This document shows positions 7,245 through 11,969 of a DNA stretch of 11,969 nucleotides, piece by piece (position 1 is the stretch's first letter; each line of letters opens with the position of its first letter). Under the pieces are notes generated by a model, which searched no databases, was not told the DNA's origin, and worked only from the letters and a program-made list of their open reading frames with translations. The DNA is from Nitrospirota bacterium (lineage in GTDB: Bacteria; Nitrospirota; UBA9217), in contig DASPSR010000001.1 of assembly GCA_035623825.1 (NCBI GenBank), positions 1 to 11,969 of the forward strand, written 5' to 3'. The translations under genes were made by a program, and so were the position numbers.

Positions 7245-7471
7245 CGGTCTCGGTCCTCTCTAATAAGGATGGCACTATCGGTATACTTCCTGCCAGCCAG
7301 ACGTTTCTGCCAGTCTTTGGCTACGTTTGTAGCTTCGGCCATAGATAATTTTGCTGCATTTTGCAAAATTAATTTTACTTCTCCCTGTAACGAACGATCA
7401 TGCTGCTTAGCTCTCATTTTGAGGCGTTCGATTGTTTCCTTTTCCAAATTGCGGACCAGTAACTGTGCCAT
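7241..7471 (-). CDS. Type II TA antitoxin, FitA-like ribbon-helix-helix protein
   Basis: 76 aa from ATG 7471 behind AAGGAG: MAQLLVRNLEKETIERLKMRAKQHDRSLQGEVKLIL...DSAILIREDRDR. Coupled to vapC. Confidence 0.92.
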   Translation of the reverse strand: MAQLLVRNLEKETIERLKMRAKQHDRSLQGEVKLILQNAAKLSMAEATNVAKDWQKRLAGRKYTDSAILIREDRDR

Positions 7472-7496
7472 ATTTATCTCCTTCTCAATATGAGAT

Positions 7497-7525
7497 ATGA
7501 TAGCATAATGATAGCATAATGTAAA
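7497..7525 (-). promoter_or_regulatory. TA operon promoter with two TGCTATCA operator boxes
   Basis: TTTACA (7520-7525), 17 bp, TATCAT (7497-7502). TGATAGCA (+ strand) at 7498-7505 and 7509-7516, part of an 11-bp tandem repeat. Confidence 0.75.
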
Positions 7526-7763
7526 GATATTTTGCATTGTGTCGGTGTACTTATTACTCTGCCCATGAAATTGCGCGTGATATAAGTTGGGGCAATAACG
7601 CTTGAAGATCCAAGATGCCCCGTGATTACCAATAGGGGTGAGAGAGATGGGATACCAGTGCACGATCATTTGCAGTCGGATTTTCCGACTATCGACCTGT
7701 AATCCGAATACCCGAAAATTGTTGTCCCCTTTTCGCCCGCGTCGATATCAGAGATCCTCCTCC

Positions 7764-7804
7764 AAAAAATAAGAATGCCCGCAAACATCAATGTTTACGG
7801 GCAT
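7764..7804 (-). terminator. Rho-independent terminator downstream of the tRNA 3' fragment
   Basis: Inverted repeat ATGCCCGCAAACAT/ATGTTTACGGGCAT (7775-7804; the one mismatch is G-U on the minus strand) followed by TCTTATTTTTT. Confidence 0.8.
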
Positions 7805-7809
7805 AAAAA

Positions 7810-7854
7810 TGGTCGGGGCGAGCCGGTTTGAACGGCCGACCACTCGCACCCCAA
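7810..7854 (-). mobile_element. 3' half of tRNA-Pro(GGG): probable att site of an integrative element (not a functional tRNA)
   Basis: Minus strand TTGGGGT-GCGAG-TGGTC-GGCCG-TTCAAAC-CGGCT-CGCCCCG-A-CCA gives anticodon loop, 3' anticodon stem, variable loop, T-arm, acceptor strand and CCA. The complementary 5' half (CGGGGCG...CTCGC) is absent upstream. Confidence 0.88.
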
Positions 7855-7988
7855 CCTACTGTGGCCCTTAGAATTTATGAGTAATATACTGATTATTATA
7901 GTAATTTGTACAACCAAGCATGCGTAATTTGTCTTAAAATATTATAATATGCACTTTTTCCATGCCAAAGTCACGCCACGGAGAGGAC

Positions 7989-8006
7989 TAAATTGACTTC
8001 TTCTTC
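7989..8006 (+). repeat. 18-bp direct repeat, copy 2
   Basis: TAAATTGACTTCTTCTTC, identical to 2100-2117. Confidence 0.8.
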
Positions 8007-8188
8007 GGATTTCGTAACTCGCATGACGCGATCGATTTTATTGTAAACGCGACTCTTAACGATATTTCAGCTTGAAATAAAGCATGTGATGCTAATCTTT
8101 GCTCTTGCGATGTACACCCACTAACATGCATCTTACGCCACGTGTAGATCCTGCAAATTACCGCGATGAACATAATGGGGTCAAATCG

Positions 8189-10543
8189 CTATGGGAGTCG
8201 ACGCAGAAAGTAGTATTCGTTGACCGGACGATCATCGGTCAGCACGGGTGCATTCGGATAACTGTTAATCACTAGCTGGATCGGGATCTCGGTAAGGATC
8301 ACGCGCATGAGCTGCATTGTCGCGCTGGTCTCCGGTCCCCACTCAATAAGATCGTGACGTGCGGTCTCGGGCAAACGCGCGGCCAACTCGGCAGCGGTTC
8401 GACTAGGAATCGGACTGGCACTCGCGAGGAAGTGCAAACCGTATCCTTCGACCGAAATGAAAGCGCGGACGTATGGAAATCGCTTAGTCAGAGCCCGAAC
8501 CACCGCTGACATAACCACCTTCTCACCGTAGGGTAACCATTGTTGGAGTATTCCGTCCGGCGCGAGGCGCTTCCTCGCGCACTCGTAGAACTCCGACGAG
8601 TAAAGCAGGCTCGAGGCAGCTGCCTCTACTGGCGGGGGTGGGTCGATCACGATTACGTCGTAGGTCTCAGCCGATCGGTCGAGGAACCGCCGGGCATCAT
8701 CCACTATGATCCGGCCCAGTGGATTGCGCGCGACCGCTTCGCCGTCCTGATGAAAAAAGCCGAGAAGTGATGGAATGCTGGGGACAAGTTCGACCACGGT
8801 TGTGGGAATCCCCCAGCTGAGCATAGACCGGAATGAGGTCCCCATGCCGAGGCAGAGTACGAGTCCCTTCTTGGGGAAGCGGTCGAGAAAAGCCAGCGGG
8901 AGGTGAACCATCATCTTGGTGATCGGCGTGAGATTTGTAATTCCCACCCCGTTGACCAGCAGTTGCTTATCCATGCCTTTTCCGGACGCGATGACGGTTG
9001 CGGTGTGATCGCGCAGTACGATGCTGTGCGGAAATGCCGTCTCGAAGTCCTCCGTGAAGATGACTAGAAATGCGGCAACGACGACTCCGATCGCAGCAAG
9101 CCTCCACTGATTGCGTGATGTCGCAGCTCGATTGAGTAGGCCCGCCAGCATGAAAGCAAACAGCGGAGCGAGAAGGAGTACCGTTGTCCACCGTTCTCCA
9201 AAAAGGGGAAGCAGCACGAATCCCGACAGAACCGGCCCGATGATACATCCCAGAGCATTTACTGCGTAGGCCACCCCCGCCCGATCCGGGTTTCCTGAGG
9301 ACATGCGGTCTACCATCATCGGCATAAGGAACCCGAGGACACCGGAAAATGGCGCTATACCCAAGATGACGCGAACTGTCCCGGCGAGCAAACCGTAGAG
9401 AGTTGGCGAGGTCTCTATCGCAACAGGCCCCCCCTCAGGTAGGCGCGGATCAGCGGCGAGCAGGGCGAGAAGACCGGTTGATCCTGCAAGAATAGCGGCG
9501 GCAACCCACGGAAACCCAGCTGAGCTCTCCGTGGTGCGGGCAGCCCAATAGCGGTAAACGCGTGATCCAATAGCAGTTGAAATGAGGTATACTGCAAGTA
9601 TGGTCGCGAATGAATATACGACGGGCCCCTCAAAAGGAACGAATTGCCGTGTCCAGACCACCTCAAGTGCAAGACTCACGAGGCCGGTGGTGAACAGAAA
9701 GGCAAGGCCGAGCCATGACGCTCGGGGTACGGCCCCGGAAACATCAATGGTTGAGTAATTTCCATCGCTGGATGGGGCTGTAATCCTACCCGAGATCACC
9801 AGCGCCGCAGTAGCCACGGCCACGTTGGCCCCGGCTGCCACGAATAGTGTTTTATGAAAGCCGAGTATTTCGATGAGGACGAAGGCCGCGCCGAGCGCTC
9901 CGGCCATCGCACCCAGGACATTCGCGACGTAGAGATAGCTGAACGAACGTGGTGAGGCTTCAGGGAACGCGGTGCGAATAACTGCCATCGCTAGAGGGAA
10001 AGTAGCTCCCATGCAGATGCAGAACGGGATCAGGGCGGCAGTGACGCAAGCGGCGGAGGCCAGGTAGTAGCTCCCGGAACCCCATGTTGCATGGCCGTCT
10101 ATAGAGCTGAGCAACGTGTGTCCCCAGCCGAGCAGGGGAGCGACTGCAATTCCCGAGAGGCCAATAAGTAGCTCGGTCGTTGCGTAGAAGCGAATAAACG
10201 ACGAAGGGCCGCGTCCTTGCAACCGACTCGTGAGGCGTCCCGCACCCCAACTTCCCACGGCAAGGCCGGCCATAAAAGTCGATAGGACAATAGAAATGAG
10301 AGGGGTGGTCACACCGAAATCCGCCATTGCGATCCTCAGCCAGACAACCTGATATACGAGACTACAGAAACCGGAGAACAGGAAAAAAACGAAGAACCAT
10401 GTCATGGATGACGTCTGCGTACGAACGATTGATGCACCTATCGTCGCATCTGCGGCATATTGAGACGGTGATGCCTTCAGGCCTCCAGGCGTTTTCTTTC
10501 TATGAGGGTCAAGTTGAGATTGATTGCCGTTTTTTTTATTCAT
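8189..10543 (-). CDS. Fused multi-TM (MFS-like) / spermidine-synthase-like SAM-dependent protein
   Basis: 784 aa. Duplicated membrane halves (FSGFCSLVYQVVW.R...GATFPL...LYVANVLGA / TGLVSLALEVVWTR...AYAVNALG) then a Rossmann-type domain (LCLGMGTS, VVELVP, DDARRFL, YDVIVIDPPPP, EFY..ARKRLAPDG, LTDDRP). Start may instead be ATG 10405. Confidence 0.9.
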   Translation of the reverse strand: MNKKNGNQSQLDPHRKKTPGGLKASPSQYAADATIGASIVRTQTSSMTWFFVFFLFSGFCSLVYQVVWLRIAMADFGVTTPLISIVLSTFMAGLAVGSWGAGRLTSRLQGRGPSSFIRFYATTELLIGLSGIAVAPLLGWGHTLLSSIDGHATWGSGSYYLASAACVTAALIPFCICMGATFPLAMAVIRTAFPEASPRSFSYLYVANVLGAMAGALGAAFVLIEILGFHKTLFVAAGANVAVATAALVISGRITAPSSDGNYSTIDVSGAVPRASWLGLAFLFTTGLVSLALEVVWTRQFVPFEGPVVYSFATILAVYLISTAIGSRVYRYWAARTTESSAGFPWVAAAILAGSTGLLALLAADPRLPEGGPVAIETSPTLYGLLAGTVRVILGIAPFSGVLGFLMPMMVDRMSSGNPDRAGVAYAVNALGCIIGPVLSGFVLLPLFGERWTTVLLLAPLFAFMLAGLLNRAATSRNQWRLAAIGVVVAAFLVIFTEDFETAFPHSIVLRDHTATVIASGKGMDKQLLVNGVGITNLTPITKMMVHLPLAFLDRFPKKGLVLCLGMGTSFRSMLSWGIPTTVVELVPSIPSLLGFFHQDGEAVARNPLGRIIVDDARRFLDRSAETYDVIVIDPPPPVEAAASSLLYSSEFYECARKRLAPDGILQQWLPYGEKVVMSAVVRALTKRFPYVRAFISVEGYGLHFLASASPIPSRTAAELAARLPETARHDLIEWGPETSATMQLMRVILTEIPIQLVINSYPNAPVLTDDRPVNEYYFLRRLP

Positions 10544-10662
10544 GTAACACTAGCCAATCTGAGGTGAAGTTTGTACTGCGATAACAGAATAGCGATTGCT
10601 GCGCTTTTCCGTTCTCTTCGATAGTCCCGACTATCCACGTGTTCCGCTTGCATTTGGTTCTT

Positions 10663-10690
10663 AATATACTTGCAATGAAAATTTTGTCAA
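10663..10690 (-). promoter_or_regulatory. Candidate sigma70 promoter for the spermidine-synthase-like gene
   Basis: TTGACA (10685-10690), 16 bp, TATATT (10663-10668), about 120 bp upstream of ATG 10543. Confidence 0.5.
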
Positions 10691-10833
10691 GCCATGTTTG
10701 ATCTCCTCCGAAATCAGATCCATCCTGAGAGTCGGTGCATTTACTTGCTTAAAACATCCATTTGAAGGCCGTTGTCCCCGATATCGAGCAATTTCGTATT
10801 GGTAAATATTATCAATTTCGAGACGAAAAATGC

Positions 10834-10911
10834 AAATCGGACGGCCGTCGGACTGCTTGTTGCTGTCCGATTGCCCGGCTGACCGACGCTATTATCACCC
10901 CACGCCCAGAG
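10834..10911 (-). pseudogene. Isolated RCC1-like repeat fragment
   Basis: Within ORF 10741..10929: LWAWGDNSVGQPGNRTATSSPTAVRF, versus the RCC1 consensus 'LWAWGxNxxGQLGxGTxxxxxxPVxV'. Single degenerate copy. Confidence 0.6.
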
Positions 10912-11197
10912 CTTTTCAAAGCCGCCCATTTTAACTCTTGTTTCTCTATGAAAATTCCCCTTATCAGAATATCGGATTGCACCAAAACCCCGGGGTTAAA
11001 GTCAACCCGTATAATGTTTGGCTCCTCCCTATTTTCTTGAAATTCTTCTTCCTTGAACACCTTCCAGCACGTCATTTGCCGGGATAAGAGTTGCTTTTAA
11101 TGATGATTGCAGGTATTATACGTTCATTCTCAAAACATCATTTGCAAAGAACCGGGTCGCTTACAGCTTCTCAAAGAGAACAGGGGAGTGGCCCATC

Positions 11198-11392
11198 ATG
11201 AAAGAAACAAAAGAAGAAAAAGATGAAGTGAAATCACCCTGCAGAAAGAAGTGTTCGCTCGACCGGAACAAGATCTGTCCGGAGTGCGGTCGCAGCATTG
11301 ACGAAATCGTTTCATGGCGCGATGCAGACAATTCTATGAAACGAAAGATACTTGAAGCGGCAGAACTCCGGCGACGACGGGCCAAAGCATAG
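11198..11392 (+). CDS. DUF1289 family small Cys-rich protein
   Basis: 64 aa. SPCxxxCxLDxxxxCxxCGRxxDEIxxW signature; RBS GGGGAG. Confidence 0.88.
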   Translation: MKETKEEKDEVKSPCRKKCSLDRNKICPECGRSIDEIVSWRDADNSMKRKILEAAELRRRRAKA

Positions 11393-11432
11393 AACGAGGG
11401 ATTAAAAGAGAATCGGACCAGGGTCCTTTCCT

Positions 11433-11969
11433 ATGGAACATCCTCTGATCATCAGCTGCGGCATATTCAAGGCGGAGCTGGAATATCTCCTGAAAAAGAA
11501 GGGCAGGAGCACAAGCGTCCGGTTCCTCGACCCGGCCCTGCATGTGAACTTCGACCGCCTGAAAGAGTGCCTGGTCCAGGCCCTCGAAGAGAGCAGGAGG
11601 TGCAGCGAGCCTGTCACGGTGCTCTACGGCAATTGCCATCCTGAGATGCAGAAGATCATCGATCATTACGGGGCAACGAAGATCGATGCCAGGAACTGCA
11701 TCGAGGCCATCGTCGGCCGCGACGAGCTTCGCAGGATCGACGCGGAAGCGAAGAGCTTTTACCTGACCACCGGCTGGATCAACAACTGGCGGGAGATCTT
11801 CGCCGCCGGCGTGGCCGAGCTCGACCTGGACTTCAGCTCGATGTTCAAGGACTACAAGCGGGTGATCGTCTTCGACTCCGGGGTCATCCCGATCGACGAG
11901 GACATGGTCGCTGCCTTCAGCAGGTTCACCGGTCTGCCCGTGGAACGGCGGGCGATAAGCCTCGACCGG
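11433..11969 (+). CDS. DUF1638 domain-containing protein (continues beyond the right edge)
   Basis: Not in the ORF track (no stop in window). MEHPLIISCGIFKAELE...FLDPALHVNFDRL...VLYGNCHP...NCIEAIVG...FYLTTGWINNW: the C..., LH, YGxC, NCI and FYLTxGW motifs of DUF1638. Strong GC3 bias. Confidence 0.85.
   Translation, partial: MEHPLIISCGIFKAELEYLLKKKGRSTSVRFLDPALHVNFDRLKECLVQALEESRRCSEPVTVLYGNCHPEMQKIIDHYGATKIDARNCIEAIVGRDELRRIDAEAKSFYLTTGWINNWREIFAAGVAELDLDFSSMFKDYKRVIVFDSGVIPIDEDMVAAFSRFTGLPVERRAISLDR

Noticed and set aside
7472-7669. 66-aa N-terminal extension of the antitoxin ORF
   Set aside because: It spans the promoter/operator; the RBS and FitA-like homology begin at 7471.
7674-7690. 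Dyad AGTCGGA-TTT-TCCGACT, sharing CCGACTATC with a hairpin near 10620-10635
   Set aside because: Short and cannot be tied to a regulator or repeat family; the 9-bp match is expected by chance.
7810-7854. Complete tRNA-Pro gene
   Set aside because: The 5' acceptor strand, D-arm and 5' anticodon stem are missing upstream.
7988-8173. 61-aa minus-strand ORF
   Set aside because: No convincing RBS or motif; likely spurious.
1-11969. CRISPR array, integron attC array, rRNA
   Set aside because: No regularly spaced repeats, attC-like paired core sites or rRNA signatures seen.

Overview
Accessory, recombination-scarred bacterial region. A Nitrospirota/Desulfobacterota-like origin is a guess from protein style only. 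Intact or near-intact genes: a receiver-domain protein (cut off by the left edge), a class II Fic protein, a CLC-family anion transporter, two small hypotheticals, a stand-alone Pal/OmpA lipoprotein, a divergent MarR regulator, a FitAB/VapBC-type toxin-antitoxin pair, a large membrane/spermidine-synthase-like fusion, DUF1289 and DUF1638 (cut off by the right edge). The intergenic DNA contains many short relics that the ORF track misses or mislabels: C-terminal tails resembling an efflux outer-membrane factor, a LytTR regulator, FtsH and a second VapC, an internal piece of a tyrosine integrase, a solo IS3-like end, one RCC1 repeat, and the 3' half of tRNA-Pro(GGG), a probable att site. Highlights are an intact-looking LytTR-box promoter next to the stump of a LytTR gene, an A_AAA_AAG slippery run separating the CLC gene from its apparent ATG, and an exact 18-bp direct repeat bracketing about 5.9 kb. 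All family calls are by-eye motif recognition; no database searches were run. I found no clear-cut novel multi-gene system.
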